NCBI GenBank assembly: GCA_963666055.2
Contig: CAXWPH010000002.1
Span: 344,266 to 408,265 of the forward strand
Reading direction: 5' to 3'
DNA: 64,000 bases
Origin: Acidobacteriota bacterium
GTDB lineage: Bacteria; Acidobacteriota; UBA890; WLXD01
This document shows positions 9,552 to 19,524 of the stretch, piece by piece (the first letter of the stretch is position 1; each line of letters begins with the position of its first letter). A model generated the notes under the pieces. It had not been told where the DNA came from. It saw only the letters and a list, made by a program, of their open reading frames with translations, and ran no database searches. The translations under genes were made by a program, and so were the position numbers.

Positions 9552-9749
9552 TGCTTACTCCTTCGTGTTTGCAGGGGAATCGGTTGTGAATCAGGCGAAA
9601 GGGGCGTATCCGACCGTCCTCGTGCGTCAGCCACCGCAACGCCCTCGGGGCGTTCCGTGTTCCACCGTTCCGCGTGTTCCTTACCCCCCAGACGCAGAAG
9701 GCGGAACAGGCAAGTCGCCGGCGATGGACCCGAACCCGAGCGCCGCCGT

Positions 9750-10328
9750 TCATGTTGTCCGTTCGAGTTTGTAGTTCCCCTTATTGACGCCGGGAATTTC
9801 GAAATCGTCGTAACGGATCCAGGTGTTCCGGAGCGAACCGTGCTCGTTTTTGCACCGCGCCTTGAACTTGTAGTCCGTGTAAACGACGACGATCGAATGC
9901 CAACCGCTCGCGGACTTACCTTGGACCTTTCGGAATCTCCATCGGCGATCGCCGGCGCGGATATGCGACCGGCAGCGCGCCGTGTGAGATTTTTCGTGGT
10001 CGCTTAGGTGCTCGTATTCCTTGTTCGCTCGCGGCGCTCGCGGCGCGACGCCCGGAGTCGGAACCAGACGGATGAACGGATGCGGAGCCGGCTTCGAGTC
10101 GGTCCCGTACGCGCCGAGCTCCATCGCGGCGGCTTCGACCGTCGCGATCCGAGCGCCGTATTCCTTCTGGCACGCGAACACGACCATGTCGTCGACGGTC
10201 GTATCGTCCGCGACGGCGAGCACACGGAGCCCGCGAAGAAGCGCCGGCGCGAGTGTTAGTTGGCGCGGTTCCGGGGTTTCGTCGTCCATGCGTCTTCCCT
10301 CCGTTCGGTTTGTTTGCTTATCGACCAT
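9750..10328 (-). CDS. Hypothetical protein
   Basis: ORF in the satellite operon; plausible starts MVDKQ or MDDET (GGAGG upstream). Confidence 0.55.
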   Translation of the reverse strand: MVDKQTNRTEGRRMDDETPEPRQLTLAPALLRGLRVLAVADDTTVDDMVVFACQKEYGARIATVEAAAMELGAYGTDSKPAPHPFIRLVPTPGVAPRAPRANKEYEHLSDHEKSHTARCRSHIRAGDRRWRFRKVQGKSASGWHSIVVVYTDYKFKARCKNEHGSLRNTWIRYDDFEIPGVNKGNYKLERTT

Positions 10329-10566
10329 GATTCGCCAGCGGATTATCGGGCGGCCACTCTTCGAGCTCGTCGCCAGCGTTTTCGGGTTCGTCGTCCGACC
10401 TCGACGCCTCGGCGGCGTCGACGATCGCCGCGACCAGGTCCGCGCGGCGGAACGCGGCGCCGACGAACTCGCGGAAGACAACGCCGGACGATAGACCCCG
10501 GACCCTCGCGATCCGCTGGAGCGTGAGTTCTTGCGTCGTGTCGAGTGCTATTCGTCGAATCATCAT
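10318..10566 (-). CDS. Small putative DNA-binding protein (ribbon-helix-helix-like)
   Basis: RRIALD..LTLQRIARVRGLSSGVVFREFV pattern; operon position. Confidence 0.45.
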   Translation of the reverse strand: MMIRRIALDTTQELTLQRIARVRGLSSGVVFREFVGAAFRRADLVAAIVDAAEASRSDDEPENAGDELEEWPPDNPLANHGR

Positions 10567-11035
10567 CTGCTAGTGCCCCCTAGAGGCGCCCGAAAAAAAC
10601 CGAATCGCTGGAGCCCTCGATTCCCCTCAAGAGAGATGCCGGCAGGAGAACCTTCCGCCCCCCCCTTTGTCGACGAGCACGACGTGAATGTTTCGATCGC
10701 CGCGTCGGCGGCGGCGGAAGTGAATTACTCATCGTTGCGCCATCCTTTCGCGCCGCCGTTGCGCCGGCATCGGCATTGATCGGGGTTGCGGCGCTCCGGC
10801 GAACCGCTCCGGAAACACGCCGCGATAGTTTTGTTCCATCGACCCTTGCAACGCTCGGACCGCGATCGCCGCGCCGAACTTCGCCAACATCGTCAGTTGC
10901 TTCCGCGCCCACGGCGCTTTCCGCGGCCAGCCGTTCGAACTCCGAAACAACAGCCACTCCGACCAGGCTTTCCGAAATTCCGGGGTCGCGAGCTCGGCCG
11001 GGAGCTCGACGTCAGCGGCGGTAGCCGCTCTCTTA

Positions 11036-11224
11036 TTCTTCCTTCTTCCTTCTTCCTTCTTCCTTCTTCCTTCTTCCTTCTTCCTTCTTCCTTCTTCCTT
11101 CTTCCTTCTTCCTTCTTCCTTCTTCCTTCTTCCTTCTTCCTTCTTCCTTCTTCCTTCTTCCTTCTTCCTTCTTCCTTCTTCCTTCTTCCTTCTTCCTTCT
11201 TCCTTCTTCCTTCTTCCTTCTTCC
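11036..11224. repeat. Simple sequence repeat (TTCTTCC)27
   Basis: 189 bp = 27 perfect units. Confidence 0.95.
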
Positions 11225-11230
11225 TTAGGG

Positions 11231-11286
11231 TGCCCTCGGTCGTGCCCTCGGTCTGCCCTCGGTCTGCCCTTGGTCTGCCCTCGACC
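11231..11286. repeat. Five 11-bp iteron-like repeats (TGCCCTCGGTC), putative replication origin
   Basis: Near-tandem copies at 11231, 11243, 11254, 11265, 11276 in the middle of the rep gene, as in lambdoid O-type origins. Confidence 0.75.
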
Positions 11287-11710
11287 GCGTCGCCACCCTG
11301 ATAAGTCGAGTATTTGCAGACAGTTATCAATAGACCGCGGTTTGCCCGATTTGCGCGCCGTAACATACCCGCGGTCTGAAGCTTTTTTGCGGCTCGACGG
11401 AGTTGTTTCACGGTCAATCCGGTATCGGCCGACATCGACGACCAGGCAGCGAAAAACTGTCCGGCGTCGAGCTCCAGGACGCGCCCAGCGACATCCCACG
11501 GCGTCGGCTGGTACGCCGCGCGCTCGATCGCATAGCGGAAGAAGAGGCCGGTCGCGACGTCGCCCCGTAGAATGGGGTTTTGGCCGAGCGACCGCCATAT
11601 CTTCACGAATCCGCAAGTCTTGACCGATGATCGCGCCTCCGAAGCGGACTGCATTGGCGCTTGTGGGACAGCCAAACGAGCGTGAGCGCGTCCCACCTTC
11701 GCGTACTTCC

Positions 11711-11908
11711 TCACGACGCCTGGCCCGGGCTTGTGAGCTGTTGGCGCAGATACACCTCGATCGCTTCTGTTGAGAATCTGCGGTAGTGACCCAGCTTGAA
11801 CGAGGGCAACTCGCCGGCTTCGGCCTTTTGATAGACGCAACTCACGGGCACAGCCAGGCGCTCCGCGACCTCCTGAACCGTCAAGAGCGGCGAAGCTGTC
11901 TGGGTCAT
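11711..11908 (-). CDS. Excisionase-like HTH protein
   Basis: LLTVQEVAERLAV..VYQKAEAGELPSFKLGHYRRF. Confidence 0.88.
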   Translation of the reverse strand: MTQTASPLLTVQEVAERLAVPVSCVYQKAEAGELPSFKLGHYRRFSTEAIEVYLRQQLTSPGQAS

Positions 11909-12147
11909 CGGCGCGCCCCGCAGACGGCCCGTAGCAGGTCAAGATAGGCAACCGCCCGAGCGCCCCCAGGAAGTCGCTGCCCGGTTTCCCAACGGGAGAC
12001 CGCGGCCGGGGACACACCCAAGACGTCGGCCACATCGGCCTGGGTGAGGCCAGCCTGCTCCCGCAAAGCACGGGCTGCCGCCGGTGCCGATCGGATCTGC
12101 TGGCGAGCCCGGGCTCGCTCAATAACAACAGTGGCTTTCTTGGTCAT
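11905..12147 (-). CDS. Cro-like XRE HTH regulator
   Basis: RALREQAGLTQADVADVLGVSPAAVSRWETGQRLP; divergent from the repressor. Confidence 0.88.
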   Translation of the reverse strand: MTKKATVVIERARARQQIRSAPAAARALREQAGLTQADVADVLGVSPAAVSRWETGQRLPGGARAVAYLDLLRAVCGARR

Positions 12148-12242
12148 CGTATTCGAGTACCTCTTTGATTGGCACACCAACCTGTTACCATGCAACGTAC
12201 ACTTTTGTACCGATCCACACAATTGTTGGAGTGTTCCTGTTT

Positions 12243-12839
12243 ATGGCACATGAGAAAGAACGGTCACCTGAGGAGCGCCTGCACGCCAGAGCGCAGGCAA
12301 TCGCCGCCGCAGTCAGACATGCCAGGAAACGGCGCGGCTGGTCAGTTCGCCGGCTCGCCAAGGCAGCCGGGGTGTCTCCGTCGAGTCTCTCCAGAATCGA
12401 GAATCCTGACTCCGCGGGGTCGCCGAAGGTGGAGACGATGGAGACCCTCGCGGAGGCGCTGGACTGCCCGCTCTGCGAGCTTGTTGGAGAGCCAGCGGTG
12501 ATCGAGTACCGCGGCCTGGGAGACTGGCCAGCAGCGCTTCAAGACGTGCTGGCCGAACGGGGTGGCTTTGTAACGGTGGCCGAGAGGGCTTTCCTAGAGG
12601 ATCGCCTGGAGACGATCGTCCCGGACCCTCTGCGGGTCGCGCAGGGGTGCCCAGAAGTGCAGGACGATCCTCAGTACTGGCGATCACAGCTGAAGCTGTT
12701 CCGCGACTCCCGGGTGTGGCGGATCGTCGAGAACCTGGTGACCGACGGCTGGCGGCTCGACCATGACGTCCAGGTGGGTCTCGACCTGATCGTGCGAGCA
12801 ACGATCGGACGAATCGGAGAGGAGGAGGCAAGCCGATGA
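12243..12839 (+). CDS. CI/Stl-like XRE repressor
   Basis: ARKRRGWSVRRLAKAAGVSPSSLSRIEN..PKVETMETLAEALDC; stop overlaps the int start (ATGA). Confidence 0.85.
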   Translation: MAHEKERSPEERLHARAQAIAAAVRHARKRRGWSVRRLAKAAGVSPSSLSRIENPDSAGSPKVETMETLAEALDCPLCELVGEPAVIEYRGLGDWPAALQDVLAERGGFVTVAERAFLEDRLETIVPDPLRVAQGCPEVQDDPQYWRSQLKLFRDSRVWRIVENLVTDGWRLDHDVQVGLDLIVRATIGRIGEEEASR

Positions 12840-13999
12840 GAGGCACCATTCGCAAACGCACTCTCGACGACGGCACCCGCCGCTACGATGTCCGCTACCG
12901 AGCTGCGGGCCGGCAACGCACCAAGACCTTCCGCCGACGCAAGGATGCCGACCGCTTCCTCGCCAAGCAAATGACGGCGGTTCATGACGGCTCGTATGTG
13001 GAGATGCAGCCCACGCGAATGGGAGATGTCTTCGACTCCTGGCTCGATGACGTCGACACGCGCGTCATGGAACGCAACCTCAAGGCGTCCACCGCAGCGA
13101 CGTATCGCTCCGGCATCAACAAGCACCTCCTCCCCGCCTTCGGCGACTTCCGCAGCGACCAACTAACTCCGGCCGTCATGAGCAAGTGGCGCCGGTCCTT
13201 GGCCACGAGAATCGCCGCCGGCACGATGGCCCGCAAGACGTTCAACAACATCTTCAACCAGCTGCACGTAATACTGGAGTGGGCACGTCTCCCTGCACAG
13301 AGCTTTCTCGCCCATGATCCATTGATCGGGCAGAAGCGCTTCAAGCGCGAACGCCGCGAGGCCGAGTTCTGCGAGGACGACGACATCACGGCCCTGCTCA
13401 AGGCCGCCGCCGACGCGCCGGAAGGAAACGCCATCATTCACCTGGGCCTGTTCGCGGGGCTCCGCCGCGGTGAGATATTCGCTCTCCAGTGGCGCGACAT
13501 CGAAGGCGGCAACGGTGAGGTCGGCGGCCGGATTCGAGTGCGCCGCTCCCTCTATGCGGGCGAAGTGACGACGCCGAAGACTGCGGCCGGTGAGCGCACG
13601 GTGGACGCCCCCCAGCGCGTCCTCGATGTACTGGCAGCACACAGGGCGACGTGCCCGTCGATTGGCCAGGGATTCATCTTCCGTACCCGCACCGGCGCCC
13701 CGATCGATCCGAGTTGGTGGTACAGGGAGACGTTCGTCGAGATTCGAAAGCGCGCGAAGCTGCGGCCGACCGTGAGCTTACATTCGTTGCGACACACGTA
13801 CGCGTCGCTGCTCATCCGGCAAGGCGAGAATCCGAAGTACGTCAGCCGCCAACTCGGGCACGCCTCGACATCGTTCACGATGGACGTTTACGGGCACTGC
13901 TTCGAGACGACCAGCACCGAGGCGATGCAACGACTCAACTGCATCATCCCCGAACCGATGCTCCCGGAGTTGCGCGTCGTCGAGGCGCGTGGCGCCTGA
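12836..13999 (+). CDS. int: Tyrosine integrase, intact
   Basis: GLRRGE (R), TPKT (K), HSLRH, LGHAS, DVYGH (Y); N-terminal arm-binding region. Confidence 0.95.
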   Translation: MRGTIRKRTLDDGTRRYDVRYRAAGRQRTKTFRRRKDADRFLAKQMTAVHDGSYVEMQPTRMGDVFDSWLDDVDTRVMERNLKASTAATYRSGINKHLLPAFGDFRSDQLTPAVMSKWRRSLATRIAAGTMARKTFNNIFNQLHVILEWARLPAQSFLAHDPLIGQKRFKRERREAEFCEDDDITALLKAAADAPEGNAIIHLGLFAGLRRGEIFALQWRDIEGGNGEVGGRIRVRRSLYAGEVTTPKTAAGERTVDAPQRVLDVLAAHRATCPSIGQGFIFRTRTGAPIDPSWWYRETFVEIRKRAKLRPTVSLHSLRHTYASLLIRQGENPKYVSRQLGHASTSFTMDVYGHCFETTSTEAMQRLNCIIPEPMLPELRVVEARGA

Positions 14000-14146
14000 T
14001 CTATGCCACGTTTATGCCACCAAATGAGGAAGAACAGCACGAATCAGCTCGAAATGAATTCGCATCCCGTTCGCTGTAAGCTGTTGATTCTACGAATCTT
14101 GTAGAGCGATCCGGATTGAGCCGTAATGAGCCGAGAACGACCTCGA

Positions 14147-14203
14147 TGGGTTCAGGACCTAGTGGGGGCAACCCCGTGGAGGTTCAAGTCCTCTCTTGGG
14201 CAC
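14147..14203 (+). other. 3' half of tRNA-Leu(CAG), att core duplication
   Basis: Anticodon loop TTCAGGA, long variable arm GGGGCAACCCC, T-arm GGAGGTTCAAGTCCTCT, acceptor CTTGGGCA; 5' half missing; arm repeats TATGCCACGTTTATGCCAC lie just after int. Confidence 0.85.
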
Positions 14204-14888
14204 TTGATGTAACCTGTTGACAGATAACGAGTTGCGGGAGGGAATCGACTGGCGCGGCCAGGTTGCCTTTCCGCGTTTCAGGCCAGAAAGTAACGAACAG
14301 GTAACGGGACGCGTGTGTCCCGGCAGCGTAGCTCCAAACTGGAGCATCGCTCCTACTCCCACCGGGCCGCCCCAATCACCCCGAGTTGGAACCGGATACG
14401 AGAGGAACTCCGGGGGCTGGATCGGCTGCTCGCCTGATTCGGAGGGGCGGCTGAGCGCGCTACGGGCCCGTCGGCACGACCGCTTCAGCTCGTCGAACCA
14501 GTTGGTGACCAGCGTCAGAGCGCCGCTGCTGCTCTGGCTGGCGGATCTGATGGATGCGCACATGCGCAGCGCCGACGTGACCCTGAACGAAGCGCGGCGG
14601 GCGATCGAGCACACGGCATGAACGCGGAGGCGGAAGTAGGTTCTAGACCTTCCGCTGGCTCCAACTTTCCCTTGTCCGCAACACCCCTATTGAGATAAGA
14701 CTTCTCGCCTAGGGGGGAGAGGCCGAAAACACAGCCTCATCTTCAGACGAGCACGGGCTAAGGAGGGAAACTCGGATGTTCTCGCCCATACCCCACCGAC
14801 CCATGCGCTACTGCCTCGTTCTCATAGCTGTCTTGTCGAGCTCCTCCGCCGGTGACCTGAGTTCCTCGACCACTGCGCAAGGGGCTTC

Positions 14889-17540
14889 ATGAGCCGCCCT
14901 CTCGAGACGGTACTCCACGATCGACACGTTGCTCTCGGGGCGAAGATGGTCGACTTCGGCGGGTGGCACATGCCGCTCCAGTACCCCGACGGGATCCTGA
15001 GCGAGCACCTGGCGACTCGCAAGCGCGCCGGCATGTTCGACGTCTCTCACATGGGGCGGTTCGTCTTCCGCGGGCCGGGGGCACTCCCATTCCTGCAGCA
15101 TGCCCTGACCAACAATGCAGCGGGCCTCGAGGTAGGAAGGAGCCAGTACACGCTCATCCCGAACGAGCGGGGTGGAGCAGTCGACGACGCCTACCTCTAC
15201 CGGTTCGAGGAAGCCGAATACCTCCTCGTCGTCAACGCGGCCAACCGCCGGAAGGACTGGGATTGTCTCCAGGCCCTGCTCGGCGCCTTCGACGGGGTGG
15301 AGCTCGAAGACCGGACCGCCGAGATCGCCATGATCAGCCTGCAAGGGCCCCTATCGAAGGACGTCCTCTCGGCGGCACTCGACGGCGGGACGCTTCCCGA
15401 GCCCGTGCGCAACGCGCTCGGTACGCTCGCGATGGGCGGCACCGACGTCAGAGTGGGCCGGACGGGGTACACGGGGGAACCGCTCTGCTTCGAGCTCCTT
15501 GTCGACCGGGAGGCCGCGGGTGAGCTGTGGGAGCGACTGCGTGACAGAGGGGCGGAGCCCGTTGGCCTCGGTGCACGCGACACCCTGCGGCTCGAAGCGA
15601 GCCTGCCGCTCTACGGGCACGAGCTCGGTCTCGATCCGCAGCAACAGGAGATCCCGATCTTCGCCATCGCCCTGGCCCGCCTTGCCGTGAGCTTCTCGCC
15701 CCTGAAGGGGCAGTTCGTCGGCAAAGATGCGCTCCAGCAGCAGTTCGAGGCCCTGGAAGCGATCGAGCGCGGCCACCACGCAGCCGCCGAACGGCTGCCG
15801 TGCAGGGTCCGATCTCTGGCCCTCGCCGGCAAGGGGATCGCAAGGGCCGGAAACCCCGTCTATCAGGGCGAGAGGCCGGTTGGTTTCATTACCAGCGGGA
15901 CCATGGTGCCCTACTGGCGCCACGAGGGAGAAGGTATCGCTTCCGTGCTCGGCGACGAAACCCAGAAGCGGGCCATCGCGCTGGCGCTCATCGATAGCCG
16001 GCTCGTCGACGGGGACCACCTGGCCGTCGAGATCCGCGGGCGCCGAACCGATGCCGTGGTGGTTCCTTACCACTTGCGCAGTGAGGCCCCTCCTTACTCG
16101 CACCCCATTACCTACGAAGAGCTCTTCGACCGAGACGAGGCCGCGCTGCTGAGTGTCACGGCATTCGAGAAGGCGCGCGTCCTTCTCCAGAAGGCCGCCG
16201 CAAACACGATGTGGCGCCAGCGAGACTGCGTGAACCTGATCCCCTCGGAGCAAATGGCGTCGCCGGCGGCGCGCCTGCTCTCGATCATGGATCCGGTCGC
16301 GCGCTACGGCGAGCACAAGACGATGAAGGCGTTCGCCGACGCCGAGGTCTTCTACTACCAGGGCACGGACTTCATCGCCGAGGTGGAGAAGCTACTGGAG
16401 CGCGAGCTCAGAGAGTACCTGGGCTGCCCCGAGGTGGAAACGCGGCTTGTCTCCGGCCAGATGGCGAATGCCGCCGTATTCAGCGCCATGGTGGATTTCA
16501 TCAACCGGACCGACCGCAGGAGCGAACAGCGGCGCCTCTGCCCGGTGATGAACAACCACATCATTCGTGGCGGTCATCTGAGCGCGCAGCCCATGGGCGC
16601 ACTGCGCGACTTCGTCGCCCGCGATCCCGTGACCGAACGGCCCGCCGTGGTGAACTTCCCCGTCCTGCCCGACAACCCCTACAAGGTCGACATGGCGGCC
16701 TGCGCCGAGCTCATCGCCGAGACCCGGCCCGAGCTGATCATCCTCGGCAAGAGCATGGTCCTGCACCCGGAGCCGGTGGCGGCGGTACGGCAGACCATCG
16801 ACGAGCTGGCGCTCGACTGCGTTCTCATGTACGACATGGCCCACGGGCTCGGGCTCGTCGGCCCCCACTTCCAGGAGCCCTTCAAGGAGGGAGCGAACAT
16901 CGTCACCGGGTCGACACACAAGACCTACTTCGGCACCCAGCGCGGCATCGTCGCCGCCAGCTACACCGAAGACGCCGTCGACTACCCCCTCTGGGAGGCG
17001 GTACGGCGCCGCGCGTTCCCCGGCAGCGTCAGCAACCACCACCTGGGAACCCTTGTCGGTCTGCTCCTGGCCGCGTACGAGATGAATGCGTTCAAAGACG
17101 AGTACCAACCGAGGGTCCTAGCCAATGCCAAGTCATTCGCGCGAGCCCTCGACGAATGCGGCGTCGACGTTGCCGGTGATGCCGCGGTTTCGTTCACGGA
17201 GACGCATCAGGTCATCGTCAACGTGGGGTATGCCCGCGGGCCAGAGGTGGCGCGACGGCTCGAGGAGAACAACATCATCGTCAACTACCAGGCGACCCCC
17301 GTGGAGGAAGGCTTCACGGCCTCGGGCGCGTTGCGCATGGGAGTCGCGGAGATGACCCGCTTCGGCATGGAAGAGGCGGACTTCCAGGAGCTCGCCCAGC
17401 TGATTCATGCGGTCGTCCTCGAAGACAGGACCATCAAGAAAGAAGTCGCCGCTTTCAGAAGACGGTTCCTCGAGCTCAGGTACTCCTTTACGGGCGGAGA
17501 ATTCGACCAACTGGTGCAGCGGCTGCATCAACTTGTCTAG
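14889..17540 (+). CDS. gcvT-glyA: GcvT aminomethyltransferase - serine hydroxymethyltransferase fusion
   Basis: GcvT motifs [26 protein letters not shown]; SHMT motifs NLIPSE, GGHLS, YDMAH, GSTHKT (PLP Lys), LRMG. Confidence 0.92.
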   Translation: MSRPLETVLHDRHVALGAKMVDFGGWHMPLQYPDGILSEHLATRKRAGMFDVSHMGRFVFRGPGALPFLQHALTNNAAGLEVGRSQYTLIPNERGGAVDDAYLYRFEEAEYLLVVNAANRRKDWDCLQALLGAFDGVELEDRTAEIAMISLQGPLSKDVLSAALDGGTLPEPVRNALGTLAMGGTDVRVGRTGYTGEPLCFELLVDREAAGELWERLRDRGAEPVGLGARDTLRLEASLPLYGHELGLDPQQQEIPIFAIALARLAVSFSPLKGQFVGKDALQQQFEALEAIERGHHAAAERLPCRVRSLALAGKGIARAGNPVYQGERPVGFITSGTMVPYWRHEGEGIASVLGDETQKRAIALALIDSRLVDGDHLAVEIRGRRTDAVVVPYHLRSEAPPYSHPITYEELFDRDEAALLSVTAFEKARVLLQKAAANTMWRQRDCVNLIPSEQMASPAARLLSIMDPVARYGEHKTMKAFADAEVFYYQGTDFIAEVEKLLERELREYLGCPEVETRLVSGQMANAAVFSAMVDFINRTDRRSEQRRLCPVMNNHIIRGGHLSAQPMGALRDFVARDPVTERPAVVNFPVLPDNPYKVDMAACAELIAETRPELIILGKSMVLHPEPVAAVRQTIDELALDCVLMYDMAHGLGLVGPHFQEPFKEGANIVTGSTHKTYFGTQRGIVAASYTEDAVDYPLWEAVRRRAFPGSVSNHHLGTLVGLLLAAYEMNAFKDEYQPRVLANAKSFARALDECGVDVAGDAAVSFTETHQVIVNVGYARGPEVARRLEENNIIVNYQATPVEEGFTASGALRMGVAEMTRFGMEEADFQELAQLIHAVVLEDRTIKKEVAAFRRRFLELRYSFTGGEFDQLVQRLHQLV

Positions 17541-17599
17541 GCCGCCCCACCCCCTCCACCGTTGCAGCCGGACTGGTTCGACGAGCTGGAGCGGCTCGT

Positions 17600-17752
17600 C
17601 GAACCAGTTGGTGACGAACGTCACATAGCCGCTGTTGCCCTTGATGGCCACCTTGCGGCCCAGGCGCGTGTCCTGCGCCAGGTAGACCTCTCCCATGCCA
17701 CCCGCGCCGAGCTGCTCGGTGATCTCGTAGGGGCCTAGTTTGGTGCCGATCA
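17600..17752 (-). pseudogene. Collapsed kinase gene: N-terminus joined almost directly to the C-terminal motif
   Basis: [53 protein letters not shown]. Confidence 0.8.
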
Positions 17753-18172
17753 TCCTCTTCAACTCACTGGATGTAGCCAAGTGCCCGAAGAGACCGTAGC
17801 TGCTCAGGGGTCAGTGGCGAATCCTCGCCCGGCGTGAAGTACTCTCCCCGTCCTCTGTCGCCTCCAGCCGGATACGCACTCGGCCGCGCTTGTCGCGCAG
17901 TTCCAGGGTTTCATTTACCATCGTTCCAGCCCTCGTAGGGGTTAGAGCCCGCCTCGGGTTCCTGCCAAGTGGTATCGCGGCGGGCTCGTCTGTTTATGGG
18001 GACATCTCAGTCGCTTGGCTGATCTCCTTTTCTCTTCGCCCGTCGGCGGCCGTTCTTGCTAGCCGTCTTCTTTGCTATCATCGTTGCGACTCTCTTTCTC
18101 TCCAGACTGGGGGCTGTTGGGGCCGACGGTTCCTTTTCCTCGATGGATGTAGCCGCCCGGCCCCTTCTTTTG
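17704..18172 (-). repeat. 469 bp inverted repeat, copy 1
   Basis: Reverse complement of 41631-42099; identical translated ORF segments in the track. Confidence 0.92.
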
Positions 18173-18189
18173 TGTCTGGGGTGACTGGT

Positions 18190-18360
18190 TCTCAGTCGCT
18201 TGATGGGCCTCCTTTGCTCTGCTGTCGGGGTGCGCTCAATACGCGCCATAGCCTGACGCGCTGCGAAGATGCCTAGCGGGCTTGGCGATCGCTGGCCGGA
18301 CAACCAGTTTTGAACCGTGCTCGGGTTGACGCCGATCGCTACCGCGATCATCGCCAAACA
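18190..18360 (-). pseudogene. Cro/XRE-like HTH fragment
   Basis: IAVAIGVNPSTVQNWLSGQRSPSP. Confidence 0.55.
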
Positions 18361-18459
18361 CCAGCAGCAGGCCGGCGGGTCATCGGCGGATCGATCGCAC
18401 AATGGAGGCCCACGAACGCGGCACTACCCGGTTGGGGTGCGACGGGTCTAGGATGGGTG

Positions 18460-18570
18460 GTTACCTCTCGGCGCGGGACGCGCCTGAGAGCCAGCAACCC
18501 GCCGCTAGCGGAAGAGCACTCAGACTGTCAGATGATGCCCCTGGCGGCGATGGTCCCGCGCTGAGGGGCC
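18460..18570 (+). ncRNA. Candidate structured RNA, unit 1
   Basis: TAGGAT at 18449; 18464-18479 pairs 16/16 (WC or GU) with 18553-18568; inner stem CGCCGCTAG/CTGGCGGCG. Confidence 0.6.
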
Positions 18571-18708
18571 TCGCTTGTAGCCGCGCTTGGATCCGGTGCC
18601 CCTTCACGGCTGCGGCGCGTCCCGTCCCATGACCCCGACCACCTACCGAGTCCTCCAGTGAGAGGCCGAGCCGCCACCAAGCCGCGGCCTATCGCCTACC
18701 CCCGCTGC

Positions 18709-19014
18709 ATGTTCGGCACCTACCTCGGCGAGTTGGTCGACGCACACCCTACCTCAAGACCCAGGCTAGCCAAGCGAATCGGCGTGTCTCCGGGGAACCT
18801 CAGCAACTACCGCCACGGCCGCTACCTCCCGCCGGACCGCAAGGCTATCGGCGTGATCGCTCGAGTCCTTGCACCGACCAGGGCAAAGCAAGCCGCAGTC
18901 CGAGCCGAGCTCACGCGCCGCTGGTTCGCCGATCTGCTTGATGCGCACCTACGCGGGGGCGGCGTGTCGCTGGATGAGGCGCGGTTGGCAATCCGAGATC
19001 TGGCGGGGAACTGA
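18709..19014 (+). CDS. XRE-like HTH protein, copy 1
   Basis: SRPRLAKRIGVSPGNLSNYRHGRYLPP; near-identical paralog at 21091. Confidence 0.8.
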   Translation: MFGTYLGELVDAHPTSRPRLAKRIGVSPGNLSNYRHGRYLPPDRKAIGVIARVLAPTRAKQAAVRAELTRRWFADLLDAHLRGGGVSLDEARLAIRDLAGN

Positions 19015-19180
19015 CGTCACGCCGGCGGAGGCGCGGCGGGCGATCGAGGATACGGCGGGGGTGCGGAGGCGTAGGCAGAGGAAAAGCCAGGAGGCCGCCC
19101 GCCACAGCCTCAGGAACATCGCGGCGAAGTCAGAGTTTGCTAGGCACTACCCGGTTGGGGTGCGGTGATTCTAAGATGAT

Positions 19181-19293
19181 GTTGCCTCTTAGCGTGGGAT
19201 GCTACGTCACCCGCCGCTGGCGGGCACGCGAGCGTGCGCATTGCTCCCCGGCTCCGCGATCACAGCGGCGACGGTGTTTCGCGCTGGGGGGCC
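19181..19293 (+). ncRNA. Candidate structured RNA, unit 2
   Basis: TAAGAT at 19172; 19184-19202 pairs 19/19 (many GU) with 19274-19292. Confidence 0.6.
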
Positions 19294-19384
19294 TCGTATC
19301 TAGCCGTGTCCGAGTTGCTCCGTGCCCCCCCCCCCCCCCCCCCCCCCGCTGTAGCCTAGTCGCCCCCGTTGCGACTAGGATGGT

Positions 19385-19482
19385 GTTGCCTCTCGGCGCG
19401 GGACAAAGTCGCTCGCAACGACCGCCGTTAGCAGGCTTCCCGAGAGCCTGCACCTCTCGCAGGTCAATTAGCGGCGGGTGTC
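19385..19482 (+). ncRNA. Candidate structured RNA, unit 3 (3' arm truncated)
   Basis: TAGGAT at 19376; 5' arm GCCTCTCGGCGCGGGAC; inner stem CCGCCGTTAG/TTAGCGGCGG; breaks off after TGTC. Confidence 0.5.
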
Positions 19483-19524
19483 ATTACGGCCCCACTTGGA
19501 AACGCAAAGTAGAGGAGGGGCGTG

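Larger units (their letters stand above)
10729..11654 (-). pseudogene. Phage-type replication initiator, frameshifted inside a heptamer repeat
   Basis: N-half GFVKIWRS..AGQF..DTGLTVKQLRRAAKKL..LITVCKYSTYQ in one frame; C-half EFRKAWSEWLLFR..KQLTML..SMEQNYRGVF in another; frames switch within the SSR. Confidence 0.8.
6798..14203. mobile_element. PICI-like phage satellite / integrative element, left end truncated
   Basis: Order int-cI divergent from cro-xis-rep-accessory-terS-terS; no capsid, portal or tail genes; right end has arm repeats and a tRNA-Leu 3' half. Confidence 0.75.

Noticed and set aside
10786-11301. LPSSFFL-repeat protein on the + strand
   Set aside because: This is the antisense reading of the heptamer SSR.
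14147-14203. Complete tRNA genes here, at 2559-2584 or at 209-235
   Set aside because: The 5' acceptor strand and D-arm are missing in all three, so they are treated as att scars.
6798-14203. Complete inducible prophage
   Set aside because: No terL, portal, capsid, tail or lysis genes in the element, and the left att is missing.
14700-14885. Glycine riboswitch upstream of gcvT-glyA
   Set aside because: Only a GGAGAG..CCGAA resemblance; the CTCTCAGG-type core and tandem aptamer are not evident. The region instead holds a short signal-peptide-like ORF scrap.
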